From the IMG/VR virus record IMGVR_UViG_3300020042_002446, positions 1-49,670 of that record: 49,670 nt of DNA; one strand, given 5' to 3'. The notes beneath the pieces were generated by a model. That model saw only the letters and a list, made by a program, of their open reading frames with translations, did not search any database and was not told the DNA's origin. The position numbers were made by a program, and so were the translations under genes. Numbering within the stretch: position 1 is the first letter of the stretch; the number at the start of each line of letters is the position of its first letter. Below, piece after piece: positions 9,080 to 19,337 of the stretch. The DNA comes from a virus (Duplodnaviria > Caudoviricetes).

Positions 9080-11577
9080 TGACATATCCAGTATTTAGTG
9101 GTGGTATAAATGATACATCTGCGCCGGTATACCCCGTAGCACGTAGTGTTAGATTTCGTGGGGTAGGTACAGCTAATTTTACTAGAACATTTGGTACACC
9201 TACAAGCTCAAGCATATACACATTTTCTGCATGGGTTAAGCGTGGTGATGGTTTGCAAGGGGTTGGTACCCCAGCACTTATTGGCGTAGGCGGTCTTCAA
9301 AATCTTGCGTTTAACACTTCAAACGCTTTAGTTTTAACTGCGGGTGGATCACTTGTTATTTCCCCAGCAGTATTGCGTGACCCTGCGGCTTGGTATCATA
9401 TAGTATGGAGACGTAATGGCACTTCAAACACTCTTTATGTTAATGGTGTATCGGCAGTAACAGGAACAGCTTCATCAACTATAAACACCGCTATAGCACA
9501 TACCTTGGGTAACACAATTGCTGCTGGCTCAAACGCTTTTTCTGGTTTAATGGCGTATGTTTATTTTGTAGACGGTCAAGCTTTAACTCCAACTTCTTTT
9601 GGCGCATATAATTCTATTACTGGTGTATGGCAACCAATTAAGTACACAGGAACATTTGGCGCTAATGGGTTTTTCTTACCTTTTACAAATAATTCATCCA
9701 CTACAAATCTTGGTTTAGATTCTAGCGGTAATGGTAACAATTGGCAACCAAGTGCAAGTATGTCTGTAACTGCTGGTGTTACGTATGATTCAATGCTAGA
9801 TGTACCAACACCAACTAGCGTAATACAATGCAACTACCCAGCTATAAATTCTATTAGCACTGTTACTACAGCAAGTGTTACTGGTGGGGGTTTAGAAACA
9901 ACTTCTGTTGCTTCACAAGTTTTACTTGCCACTATGCGAATGGATACAGGTAAGTTTTACTGGGAAATAACATTTAGTGCCGCTACATCAAACCAAATTG
10001 TAGGTGTGTATAAAACATCTGCTACTGCTGTAACACTTACTACTGGACTTACTACTACGGCTATTGGAGTTAGATTTGATGCAAACGCAGGTACGTTAGA
10101 TTACACAACAGATGGAACAAACTACACATCAATTTCTACAGGTCTCACTGGCGGCGGGTATTTCCCATATGCAGCTAACACTCTTGGCGCAAAAATTATT
10201 TATGTAAACTTTGGTCAAAGACCTTTTTCTTACACAATACCAACAGGCTATGGACGATTAAATAATTTTCAATTATCTACTCCATCAATTATTAACCCTG
10301 CAAAAGCTTTTGCAACTACTTTATATACCGGTAATGGTTCAACACAAACTATTGCAAATGCTGTAAATGGTGTTTCATGTTATGCAGATTTTGTTTGGAA
10401 TAAATCAAGAAGCAACGCTTTAAATCACTACGTATATGACACTGTGCGTGGGTTAGCTGCAAACACAAACAACCAACTTCTGCTTACTTCAGGGGCGGCA
10501 AGTTCAACTAGTGGTGTAACAGGGTTTAGCAGTACTGGATTTAGTCTTGGGGCAGACTCGGGTTCAAATACAAACCTTGCTACGTATGTTTCATTTCAAT
10601 GGAACGCAGGTAGTGGGACTAACACATGGAATTTTAATGGTACGTTAACACGTACGGCAACTATGACGATTGCAAGCCCTTGTGTAGTTACATTAAATAC
10701 TAATGGGTTTAGTGCCGGGCAGGCTGTGCAGTTTACTACTACTGGCGCACTACCTACAGGTGTTACATCAGGCACTACATATTATGCGGGTAATATTGCA
10801 ACCAACACATTTAACTTATACGACACCGAAGCTAACGCAATAACAGGTGGCGCAACAGGGCGTGTTAATACATCAGGCACACAATCAGGAACGCAGACTT
10901 GCGAACACGCATCTAAAGTAAGTGTTAATACAACAAATGGTTTTTCTATTGTTAGCTATGTAGGTACAGGCGTTGCTACTACTGTTGGGCATGGGCAAAA
11001 CCAAGCGCTAGATTTTATATTTGCAAAAGCGGTAAATGCGATTCGTAATTGGCCTGCATACCATAGGTCAATAGGTGCAGGCAATTATTTACTTTTTAAT
11101 GGTACGGCTTTATCCACCGCAGATACTTCAGTGTGGGACAATACTAACCCCACGAGTTCTGTTTTTTCTATCGGCACTAATATATTAACTAATACAAATG
11201 GCACAACTTATATTGCGTATTGTTTTACATCAATTCCGGGATTTTCTTCTTTTGGCAGTTATGCGGGAAATGGTTTAGCAGCAGGAACCTTTACCTACTT
11301 AGGATTTTTACCTCGATTTACAATTTGTAAAAGAACAGATAATACTACGGCGGCTGGATGGCTAATGCTAAACGGAGCATCGCAAGTATATAACGTTCAA
11401 GGTCCTGCGCTTTTTACAGAGAGTGCAGGTACAGAAGGTACGTCTACTGCGTATATAGATTTTTTATCTAATGGATTTAAACAGAGATCAACTAATGGAG
11501 CTTTAAATGCTGCTTCAACGAATTACATATACATGGCTTGGGCAGAAAGCCCGTTTAAATACAGTTTAGCGAGGTAA
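9079..11577 (+). CDS. Receptor-binding/fibre protein with LamG (concanavalin A-like) and SPRY-like segments
   Basis: YTFSAWVKR..RDPAAWYHIV..LYVNG; GKFYWEI..NFGQRPF; FSIVSYVG. Confidence 0.75.
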   Translation: MTYPVFSGGINDTSAPVYPVARSVRFRGVGTANFTRTFGTPTSSSIYTFSAWVKRGDGLQGVGTPALIGVGGLQNLAFNTSNALVLTAGGSLVISPAVLRDPAAWYHIVWRRNGTSNTLYVNGVSAVTGTASSTINTAIAHTLGNTIAAGSNAFSGLMAYVYFVDGQALTPTSFGAYNSITGVWQPIKYTGTFGANGFFLPFTNNSSTTNLGLDSSGNGNNWQPSASMSVTAGVTYDSMLDVPTPTSVIQCNYPAINSISTVTTASVTGGGLETTSVASQVLLATMRMDTGKFYWEITFSAATSNQIVGVYKTSATAVTLTTGLTTTAIGVRFDANAGTLDYTTDGTNYTSISTGLTGGGYFPYAANTLGAKIIYVNFGQRPFSYTIPTGYGRLNNFQLSTPSIINPAKAFATTLYTGNGSTQTIANAVNGVSCYADFVWNKSRSNALNHYVYDTVRGLAANTNNQLLLTSGAASSTSGVTGFSSTGFSLGADSGSNTNLATYVSFQWNAGSGTNTWNFNGTLTRTATMTIASPCVVTLNTNGFSAGQAVQFTTTGALPTGVTSGTTYYAGNIATNTFNLYDTEANAITGGATGRVNTSGTQSGTQTCEHASKVSVNTTNGFSIVSYVGTGVATTVGHGQNQALDFIFAKAVNAIRNWPAYHRSIGAGNYLLFNGTALSTADTSVWDNTNPTSSVFSIGTNILTNTNGTTYIAYCFTSIPGFSSFGSYAGNGLAAGTFTYLGFLPRFTICKRTDNTTAAGWLMLNGASQVYNVQGPALFTESAGTEGTSTAYIDFLSNGFKQRSTNGALNAASTNYIYMAWAESPFKYSLAR

Positions 11578-11580
11578 CAA

Positions 11581-12012
11581 ATGTTTTTAATTGACGGTAC
11601 TCCCCTTACAGTAGGCGTAGGTTTTACTCACAATGGTGATACTTTTCCACCTAACTGGGCAACAATGTTTACGGCTGAAGATAAAGCTCTGTACAACATT
11701 ACAGAAGTGCCTGACCCTGAGCCTTTTAATGACAGGTTTTACTGGGCGCATAATCAACCTAAAGACTTAGACGATATTAAAGCAATGTTGATTCGTCAGA
11801 TTAAAGAGTACGCGTCTAATATTTTAGGACAAACAAGCTGGATGATAGAACGGTTTAACGACCCATCTAGTAGTAAGCCTGTACCACAAAATGTTTTAGA
11901 TTACCGTGCAGCAACTCGTGCGTTGTGTAACACCTATGAAACACAAATTAATACTGCAACCAACGTGGACGATTTAGCTGTAATGAATTTACACTTCCCA
12001 GAAATAACGTAG
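11581..12012 (+). CDS. Tail-fibre-associated chaperone-like protein
   Basis: Follows fibre gene; FPPNW..RFYW..L.QT.WM..YRAATR pattern. Confidence 0.55.
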   Translation: MFLIDGTPLTVGVGFTHNGDTFPPNWATMFTAEDKALYNITEVPDPEPFNDRFYWAHNQPKDLDDIKAMLIRQIKEYASNILGQTSWMIERFNDPSSSKPVPQNVLDYRAATRALCNTYETQINTATNVDDLAVMNLHFPEIT

Positions 12013-12023
12013 AGAGATGAATT

Positions 12024-12644
12024 ATGATCGACCCGATGACAATAGGGTTAGCTATACAGGGCGTAAGGCTCGTAGTTAACGCAGTTAAATCTGCTGCCGA
12101 TGAGGCAAGAGAAGCTGTAGATAGCATTAACGAATGTGTAGAGTCGGGGAAAAAACTAGGTCAATCACTTTCACCTGTGAAGAAGTTTTTTGCAGCGGCA
12201 AGTAAATATGAATCAAACAGAGCGCAGTTAGAAGTTGCAAAGAAAAAACAAGACGAAGCAATAGCAAATGGGCAACCAGTAGATGACCCAATATCCGATG
12301 CCGAGTACGTGATGGATATGATGGCGGCAGACAGAGAGATTGCACAGTATTACGAACAGATTAAACACATAATGATTTACCACTTTGATGAGAGTGGCAT
12401 GTGGGATGAGTTCTGGGAACGTTTAAGTAAACTACGCCAAGAACGGGAAGAAAAAGCCGAAGCTGCTAGGAAAGCAGCAACAGAAGCACGGTTAGCCTTA
12501 GTAGCAGAAAAGATGCGTAAGAAACGCAAACTACAAAAGACGTTGAATATACTTTATAACTGTTTTGGTGGGTTTGTTATTACGTTAATCATTGCAGGTT
12601 TTGCATGGTTTATAAAATGGATGTTTGATCAAGGAGCAAATTAA
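12024..12644 (+). CDS. Coiled-coil protein with C-terminal TM helix (lysis-cassette associated)
   Basis: Helical charged core; FGGFVITLIIAGFAWFI TM. Confidence 0.65.
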   Translation: MIDPMTIGLAIQGVRLVVNAVKSAADEAREAVDSINECVESGKKLGQSLSPVKKFFAAASKYESNRAQLEVAKKKQDEAIANGQPVDDPISDAEYVMDMMAADREIAQYYEQIKHIMIYHFDESGMWDEFWERLSKLRQEREEKAEAARKAATEARLALVAEKMRKKRKLQKTLNILYNCFGGFVITLIIAGFAWFIKWMFDQGAN

Positions 12645-13130
12645 ATGATGACACTAATATCCACCGCGCTATCGTTTTTGATGGGCGGTCTACCAAAACT
12701 ACTAGACTTCTTTCAGGATAAGTCTGACAAGAAGCATGAGCTGCAATTAGCTCAGATGCAACTAGATCAGCAAATGCGTATGCAAGCCGCTGGCTTTCAG
12801 TCTCAGGAACGTATAGAAGAAATCAAGACTCATCAGATAGAAATACAAACTGCTGGCGAAGAACGTTTGGCGTTGTACCAGCACGACATAGCAATTGGTC
12901 AAGGTGCGTCTCAGTGGGTGATTAACCTACGTGCTTCCGTACGCCCTGTGGTGACTTATCTGTTTGTTGGCTTATTGATTGCTGTTGATTTGCTAAGTAT
13001 CTGGTGGGCATGGTCTACTGGTGTTGCTTTCATGGACGCAATCCACGAAGTGTTTGATACAGACGAGATGCAGATTCTGGCATCAATCATTGCGTTTTGG
13101 TTTGGCACTCAGGCGTTTAGTAAAAAATGA
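12645..13130 (+). CDS. Holin-like protein (3-TM type)
   Basis: DKKHEL coiled coil, WV.NLRASVRPVVTY, IIAFWFG; directly upstream of lysozyme. Confidence 0.7.
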   Translation: MMTLISTALSFLMGGLPKLLDFFQDKSDKKHELQLAQMQLDQQMRMQAAGFQSQERIEEIKTHQIEIQTAGEERLALYQHDIAIGQGASQWVINLRASVRPVVTYLFVGLLIAVDLLSIWWAWSTGVAFMDAIHEVFDTDEMQILASIIAFWFGTQAFSKK

Positions 13131-13630
13131 ACGTCTCAGATCGCTGTTTGTTATCAATTAAGCAAAACGAAGGGGTACGGATTAAGCCGTACCTCGACCA
13201 CATTCTTCTTTGGACAACGGGTGTTGGGCATTTAATTGCCCCACCAGAGCATATGAAAATGACGTTAGATCAGAGGAAAGAAGCTAAAGCTAAAGGCCAG
13301 TTGACATGCCCAAAAGAATGGGATAGGACTTTGACAATGAAGGAAGTAGATGAGATACTCAAAGCTGACTTACAACGTTTTGAATCTGGCGTTTTACGTT
13401 ATTGCCCCACTGGTACTACTCAAGGGCGATTTGATGCTCTGGTCAGCTTTTCCTTTAACTGCGGACTTGGCTCTTTGCAAAGATCAAGCATTAGAATGCG
13501 CCATAACAGACAAGATTATGAAGGTGCCGCAGATGCGTTTTTGCTGTACACCAAAGCTGCCGGTATTGTAAACAAAGGCTTGACACGTAGACGCAACGAA
13601 GAACGTGCAATGTATTTAAGTAAGGATTAA
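13127..13630 (+). CDS. Endolysin, GH24 phage lysozyme
   Basis: E-x8-D-x5-T triad (EGVRIKPYLDHILLWT), FDALVSFSFNCG, GLTRRRNEE. Confidence 0.93.
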   Translation: MNVSDRCLLSIKQNEGVRIKPYLDHILLWTTGVGHLIAPPEHMKMTLDQRKEAKAKGQLTCPKEWDRTLTMKEVDEILKADLQRFESGVLRYCPTGTTQGRFDALVSFSFNCGLGSLQRSSIRMRHNRQDYEGAADAFLLYTKAAGIVNKGLTRRRNEERAMYLSKD

Positions 13631-13632
13631 TT

Positions 13633-15387
13633 ATGGCATCGACCTACTCCCCCGACCTACGCCTTGAACTTATTGGTAACGGACAGCAAACCGGTATCTG
13701 GGGTACCACGACTAACGTCAACTTAGGAACGCTACTTGAGCAAGCAATTGCTGGAGCTATTACCATTAATGTTGGCGCTCCTACTGTAGTGCAAACAAAT
13801 AAACAAGCACTCACTGCTTATAGTGGCGTAACAGACCAAGCACGTTATGCGTCAGTAGCTTTTACAACCTCTCTTACACAAAATTTTGAAGTGTATGTTC
13901 CGCCAGTAACTAAGATGTATGCAATACAAAATCTTAGTAATACATATACAGCTACAATTTACGCATGGATAAATGCAAGTTTACCTACACTTACTAATGC
14001 AGGGGTAGGAATTGCTGTTCCCCCGGGAGCTTCTGTATTACTACGATGCGATGGAACAAACATTGTTGAGCAACTAGATACCGTTGTTGGGGATTTTGAT
14101 ATTGGCGGTACGCAAACTAACTCCGGTAATCAAATATCTTTAGGCTCATACACGCTTGGCGGGTCTGCGTTTCTTGGTGGAGATGTAGCCGTTACTATTG
14201 GACCGGGTAGCCCTGCACTTTTTACGGTAGCACTTGCTCCTCTTAACGACACTAAAGTTATGTTTTACACGGGAGGCGATGCCCTTCCTACAGAAATAAG
14301 TAACACCGCTATATTTACTGTGTACGAACGTTCAGCTACTACGTTTAGAATTAAAAATAGTGCCGGTACGCCTGTTATTGTAGGTTCTGTTCCCGGCACT
14401 GGCTATAGAGTAACAGCAGTATCTACAACATACACAGCCCCCACAGGAACAAATAGTAATCAGTTAGCTACAACGGCTTTTGTAGCCGCTGCAACCGGAG
14501 CCATTTCAAACACTATAAGTTTAACTAACTGGGCAATAACGGAGACGTTTGCTACACAAGCAATATCAAGTTTGACACTTGATAGTCCAGCAGTAATTAC
14601 GGTTCCAACAGCGCCAGCCAACGGTACGGCGGTAGCATTTACCGCAGGTTCAGGCGGAGTATTACCAACAGGTATTACAGTAAATATTCCTTATTTTGTA
14701 TTTGGGCGCACAAGCAATACATACAAGCTATCTACTACGCAAGGTACAGCACAAAACGCAACGCTATCTGCTGGTGTTACAGGTAAAGGTTTTATTAGTA
14801 ATGGTACTTCCGGTGCTGCGGGTACTATTCTTACTGTAACTGAAGCACCAAGTTCTGGTTCTTTTGCTATTGGGCAAGTGTTAACGGGAACAGGTGTAAC
14901 TGCAAATACTGCTATTGTTTCTCCTGCTGGTACTGGTGGCGGTGGACTTGGTACGTACAATGTAAATATTTCACAAGCTACAGGCACTTCCGCAGCACCT
15001 GTTACGCTTACTGGTGTGGCAACGCCCGGTGTAGTTACTGTTACAACGGCTCCAAATAACGGTGATGTTGTTGTGTTCTCCACTACTGGCGCTTTGCCTA
15101 CAGGTATAACAGCAGGTACGCAGTATTACGTAGTTAATAGAACAAACACAACTTTTAATGTGTCAGCAACATCGGGCGGCACCGCTATTAACTTTAGCGG
15201 TTCTCAATCAGGATCACAAGTTGTTACAGTTTTTTCACTTATAAATACAAGCGGTACAGTAACGCTACCACTTACTGAAACTACTTCTAAAATTTATTTT
15301 AAGTATAAAAACTTAAATCGAATGTCGTTAGACCTTGCTGGTAACTCAATCGTAACTGGAAACGTAACAGCTTTTGGCACACCATAA
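13633..15387 (+). CDS. Tail fibre/spike protein with nested beta modules
   Basis: MASTYS.L.LELI..G.Q.G.WGTTTN.NL N-anchor; QLATTAFV; three LPT-G/E modules. Confidence 0.75.
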   Translation: MASTYSPDLRLELIGNGQQTGIWGTTTNVNLGTLLEQAIAGAITINVGAPTVVQTNKQALTAYSGVTDQARYASVAFTTSLTQNFEVYVPPVTKMYAIQNLSNTYTATIYAWINASLPTLTNAGVGIAVPPGASVLLRCDGTNIVEQLDTVVGDFDIGGTQTNSGNQISLGSYTLGGSAFLGGDVAVTIGPGSPALFTVALAPLNDTKVMFYTGGDALPTEISNTAIFTVYERSATTFRIKNSAGTPVIVGSVPGTGYRVTAVSTTYTAPTGTNSNQLATTAFVAAATGAISNTISLTNWAITETFATQAISSLTLDSPAVITVPTAPANGTAVAFTAGSGGVLPTGITVNIPYFVFGRTSNTYKLSTTQGTAQNATLSAGVTGKGFISNGTSGAAGTILTVTEAPSSGSFAIGQVLTGTGVTANTAIVSPAGTGGGGLGTYNVNISQATGTSAAPVTLTGVATPGVVTVTTAPNNGDVVVFSTTGALPTGITAGTQYYVVNRTNTTFNVSATSGGTAINFSGSQSGSQVVTVFSLINTSGTVTLPLTETTSKIYFKYKNLNRMSLDLAGNSIVTGNVTAFGTP

Positions 15388-16295
15388 TGGCAATCTCTAC
15401 TTCAGGACCAATTGACTTTGGGCAAATAAACCTTGCCATAGAGCGCATTTCGACTGCCACAATTAGCTTAAATGATATTGGTCCTAGAAACCTAGCAGGT
15501 GGCGGTATAGGCACAATAAGCTTAAACGCTATTCGTGCTAACTCAGGTGGAACTTCCAGTACCTCTGCCCTTGTCTCCGTACTTATTGTTGGCGGTGGCG
15601 GGGGTGGTGGAAGAGGCGCTCCTGATAATTGGAACGGTAATGGTGGTGGCGGTGCCGGAGGTTTTATAGCAGTAAACGTGGCAATGTTCCCCGGAACATA
15701 CCCTGTTGTTATTGGCGGGGGTGGTGGACAATCTGGTAATGGTGCTAACTCTACGTTCTACGGCCTAACGGCTATTGGTGGTGGTGCTGGCGGTAACTCA
15801 GATGGCGGTAGTGGGCAAACTGGTGGTTCAGGTGGTGGCGGTGCGTGTGGTGGCGGTGGAGGTGGTGCGGGGACATCAGGACAAGGCAATAAGGGTGGTA
15901 GTGCCGGTAATACCGGTGGTGGTGGGGGCGGAGCAGGTGCGGTCGGAGGTGTTGGTTTTATGGGTCAAGGCGGTGCAGGTTTGCCGTGGGTTGACGGCAC
16001 TTATTACGCTGGTGGTGGTGGTGGTAGCACTAGTAATGGTGGATCAGGTAACGGCTCTGGCGGTATAGGTGGTGGCGCAAATGCAGCAGGCGGAGCAGGT
16101 ACAGCAAATACAGGTGGTGGCGGAGGTGCTGGTAGTTGGGGTAATGGTAACGGTGGCGCGGGGGGGTCCGGTATAGTTGCAATTAGATATAGCGCACAGA
16201 CCAGACTCGGTTCAGGCGGCAACACTATTACGCAACAAGGCACAACTTTTACGCACTACTTTACTGCTAACGGTAGCTTTACTTGGACGCCATAA
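15387..16295 (+). CDS. Glycine-rich tail-associated protein
   Basis: VGGGGGGG..GGGGAGG..YYAGGGGG..GGSGIVAIRY. Confidence 0.8.
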   Translation: MAISTSGPIDFGQINLAIERISTATISLNDIGPRNLAGGGIGTISLNAIRANSGGTSSTSALVSVLIVGGGGGGGRGAPDNWNGNGGGGAGGFIAVNVAMFPGTYPVVIGGGGGQSGNGANSTFYGLTAIGGGAGGNSDGGSGQTGGSGGGGACGGGGGGAGTSGQGNKGGSAGNTGGGGGGAGAVGGVGFMGQGGAGLPWVDGTYYAGGGGGSTSNGGSGNGSGGIGGGANAAGGAGTANTGGGGGAGSWGNGNGGAGGSGIVAIRYSAQTRLGSGGNTITQQGTTFTHYFTANGSFTWTP

Positions 16296-16296
16296 C

Positions 16297-16851
16297 ATGC
16301 AAGTTATTAGTAATTTTGTTAAACCTCGTATCCAAGACGAACTAGAGAAATTATTTTTGGGTGACAGCTTCCCATATTTTTATAACAGTGCTTCGGTCTA
16401 TGAACCTAGTGGGAATAGTTTGGTAGATGTTAATACTGTAGAAGCTCCGCAGTTTTCGCATTTGTTTGTTTCAGAAGGGGCGGTAAACTCTAATACGTAC
16501 AACAACATAGCGCCCATCATAAACAAATTGATTGATACTATTGATGGCGATTACTACGTATATAGATGTAAAGTTAACCTAAACACGATTGATACTCGGT
16601 TTGACGGTAAGTATCACACACCACACATCGACAACCCGTTTGATGACCAGATAACCGCTGTTTATTATGTAAACAATGCTGACGGAGATACGTTCTTTTT
16701 TGGTGATGACGGCAAAGTAGCAAAACAAGTTACACCAAAAAAGGGAACGCTAATATTGTGGCATGGAAAAATACTCCACGCAAAAGCGTCACCAACTAAA
16801 GCATTAAGCAGGGTTGTTATTAATATTAATCTGTTGCCTATTGTTAATTAA
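16297..16851 (+). CDS. 2OG-Fe(II) dioxygenase (184 aa)
   Basis: H-x-D (PHID), YYVN..DGDT, distal H (ILHA), R (SRVVIN); start revised from 16177. Confidence 0.85.
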   Translation: MQVISNFVKPRIQDELEKLFLGDSFPYFYNSASVYEPSGNSLVDVNTVEAPQFSHLFVSEGAVNSNTYNNIAPIINKLIDTIDGDYYVYRCKVNLNTIDTRFDGKYHTPHIDNPFDDQITAVYYVNNADGDTFFFGDDGKVAKQVTPKKGTLILWHGKILHAKASPTKALSRVVININLLPIVN

Positions 16852-16862
16852 AAGATACCGCC

Positions 16863-19337
16863 ATGCCTCTAAAACAACTTCAATTTCGCCCCGGTGTAAA
16901 CCGTGAAGGTACGACACTTGCCAATGAAGGTGGTTGGTTTGAGTGCGACAAAATACGTTTTCGTTCTGGCTATCCAGAAAAGATTGGTGGTTGGGGTTTA
17001 TTAAACGGATCATTTGCTACGTTTTTAGGAACGTGTCGATCATTGTGGAATTGGATAACGCTTAAAGGCTATAACCTGCTTGGCGTTGGTACAAGTTTAA
17101 AATTTTATGTTGCTAACGGTGGTACTTTTTATGACATTACACCTCTCCGTCAAACCACAACCAATACGACTACTTTTGCTGCTGCCTACTCCACACTTAA
17201 CGGAACAATTACTTCTACCGACACTACAATAGTTGTTACAAGCGGCACAAGTTTTGTAAGTACTGGCGGGTATATAAAGATTGATACAGAACAGATTTCA
17301 TACACTTCTGTGTCTGGCAACAACATACTAGGATGTGTTAGGGGCGTTAATGGCTCTACTGCCGCTGCACATACATCAGGTGTTGGTGTTGGTTCTACTG
17401 GCATTACTGTTACAGACACTACGGTAACTAGTTTACAGCCGGGGGACTTTGTTACTTTTAGTGGGGCTACATCAGTTGGCGGTATAGACGTAAATAACGA
17501 ATACCAAATTGCAACACAAGTTAGTGGTACCAAGTACACAATTGTCGCTGCTTTTTATTCTACTAGTGCCAGTGGTAATGGTGGCGGTTCTGTTGTGGCT
17601 AAATATCAGATTAACTCCGGCGCAATTATTGCCGGTGCTGGTACAGGTTGGGGTTCTGGTCCTTGGCCTGAGTATATGGTAGCTACATTAACTACACCTT
17701 TTACTACCACTGATACTTCTCCTGTTGTTACTGTCGCACAAACAGCACATGGTCTAACATCAGGGGATTTTGTATATTTTTACTCTATATCAGACGCTGA
17801 TGTAAACGGTATACCGAGCGCAGTAATGATAAAGGCATTTGAAGTAACTGTTATTCCGCCAGTACCGCCCGCCACAGTTTCAAGTTCTTACACTGTAAAC
17901 GTTACAATTAATGGCACAGCGTACAACGCTACAAGTTCTGGTGGTTCCCAAGGCGGCACAGTAATTGTATATACGCCATCAGGCACAGCACGTGGTTGGG
18001 GATCAGGCTTTACTAGTTCTTCTTTTGTTACGCAGTTGCGGTTGTGGAGCCAAGCAAATTTTGGTGAGTTCTTAATATTTAGTCCTCGTGGTGGCCCACT
18101 GTATATGTGGCAGCCGGGCAGTGGTACTGCACCAAACTATAACGTAAGAGGTGTAATTTTATCTTCTACGTCATCCACTCCTGCTGGCTGGGCGACTACT
18201 GTAACTGATACAAGCTGTCCATCAATAGTTAACCAAGTTTTAGTTGCTGATGCAGCACGAATTGTTATTGCGTTTGGGTGTAACGACTACCCTGCAATTG
18301 ATCCTTCTGGTGTATTAGACCCGCTACTCGTTCGTTGGTCTGCGCAAGAAAGTTATACTGAATGGTTCCCAACCGCTACTAATCAAGCACGTAGCTATCG
18401 TCTATCACACGGTTCACAAATTGTAGGTGCGTTACAGACTCGTCAAGAAATTATAGTTTGGACAGACTCTGCAATATACGGTATGCAGTATTTAGGACCA
18501 CCTTATGTGTGGGGCTTCACGTTACTAGCAGACAATATTTCTATTGCGTCACCAAACTCTATGGCAACGGCTTCTGGTGTTACGTACTGGATGGGTACAG
18601 ATAAATTTTATGTTTACTCAGGACGTGTAGAAACACTGCCTTCTTCTCTACGTTCATATGTGTTTGACGATATTAATCGTGGACAGCAGTTTCAAACTAT
18701 TGCCGGTACAAACGAAGCGTATAGCGAAATCTGGTGGTTTTATTGCTCCAGAAACTCAGACATAATTGACCGATACGTTATATTTAATTACCTCGACCGT
18801 GTATGGTATTACGGCGTATTAGGGCGCACTGCATGGTTAGACAGCTCTGTAAGTGATTTCCCAATTGCTGCCACGTACAATAACCTGCTTGTACAACATG
18901 AAACGTCTACTGATGACGGGGACGTTACTAACGGACAACAACCATTACCAATTACTGCGTATGTGCAATCTTCGGACTTTGATATTGAGGATGGGCATAA
19001 CTATGGGTTTGTGTGGCGCATAATTCCAGATATTACGTTTGACGGTTCTACGTCTGCTAATGGTCAACCAAACCATCCAAGCGCTACTTTTACGTTACGC
19101 CCAAGACAAAATCCGGGTGCGCCTTACAACACTGCACCAACGCCTACTGTGACATCAAACAATGGTACGTACTCAAATGCAGTACAAACTTACAACGTGC
19201 AAGAGTTTACTGAGATTGTGTACACTCGTGTGCGTGGCAGGCAGTTAGCATTTAAGGTGGAATCAAATACGTTAGGTACGCAGTGGCAGTTGGGTGTTCC
19301 TCGTATAGATGTTAGACCTGATGGGCGCCGAGCATGA
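16863..19337 (+). CDS. Tail nozzle / tail tubular protein B-like (P22 gp10 / T7 gp12 position)
   Basis: RFRSGYPEKIGGW, VRWS.QE, SEIWWFY, YNY..VWY.G..RTAW.D, R.RGRQ..PDGRR. Confidence 0.7.
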   Translation: MPLKQLQFRPGVNREGTTLANEGGWFECDKIRFRSGYPEKIGGWGLLNGSFATFLGTCRSLWNWITLKGYNLLGVGTSLKFYVANGGTFYDITPLRQTTTNTTTFAAAYSTLNGTITSTDTTIVVTSGTSFVSTGGYIKIDTEQISYTSVSGNNILGCVRGVNGSTAAAHTSGVGVGSTGITVTDTTVTSLQPGDFVTFSGATSVGGIDVNNEYQIATQVSGTKYTIVAAFYSTSASGNGGGSVVAKYQINSGAIIAGAGTGWGSGPWPEYMVATLTTPFTTTDTSPVVTVAQTAHGLTSGDFVYFYSISDADVNGIPSAVMIKAFEVTVIPPVPPATVSSSYTVNVTINGTAYNATSSGGSQGGTVIVYTPSGTARGWGSGFTSSSFVTQLRLWSQANFGEFLIFSPRGGPLYMWQPGSGTAPNYNVRGVILSSTSSTPAGWATTVTDTSCPSIVNQVLVADAARIVIAFGCNDYPAIDPSGVLDPLLVRWSAQESYTEWFPTATNQARSYRLSHGSQIVGALQTRQEIIVWTDSAIYGMQYLGPPYVWGFTLLADNISIASPNSMATASGVTYWMGTDKFYVYSGRVETLPSSLRSYVFDDINRGQQFQTIAGTNEAYSEIWWFYCSRNSDIIDRYVIFNYLDRVWYYGVLGRTAWLDSSVSDFPIAATYNNLLVQHETSTDDGDVTNGQQPLPITAYVQSSDFDIEDGHNYGFVWRIIPDITFDGSTSANGQPNHPSATFTLRPRQNPGAPYNTAPTPTVTSNNGTYSNAVQTYNVQEFTEIVYTRVRGRQLAFKVESNTLGTQWQLGVPRIDVRPDGRRA

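Noticed and set aside
6116-15387. Diversity-generating retroelement or invertible fibre cassette
   Set aside because: No reverse transcriptase or recombinase; repeat copies differ at all bases, not only adenines
16177-16296. Track N-terminal extensions (also 3652, 38716, 43865, 45614, 45784)
   Set aside because: They mostly overlap upstream genes; downstream ATGs have better RBS or coupling
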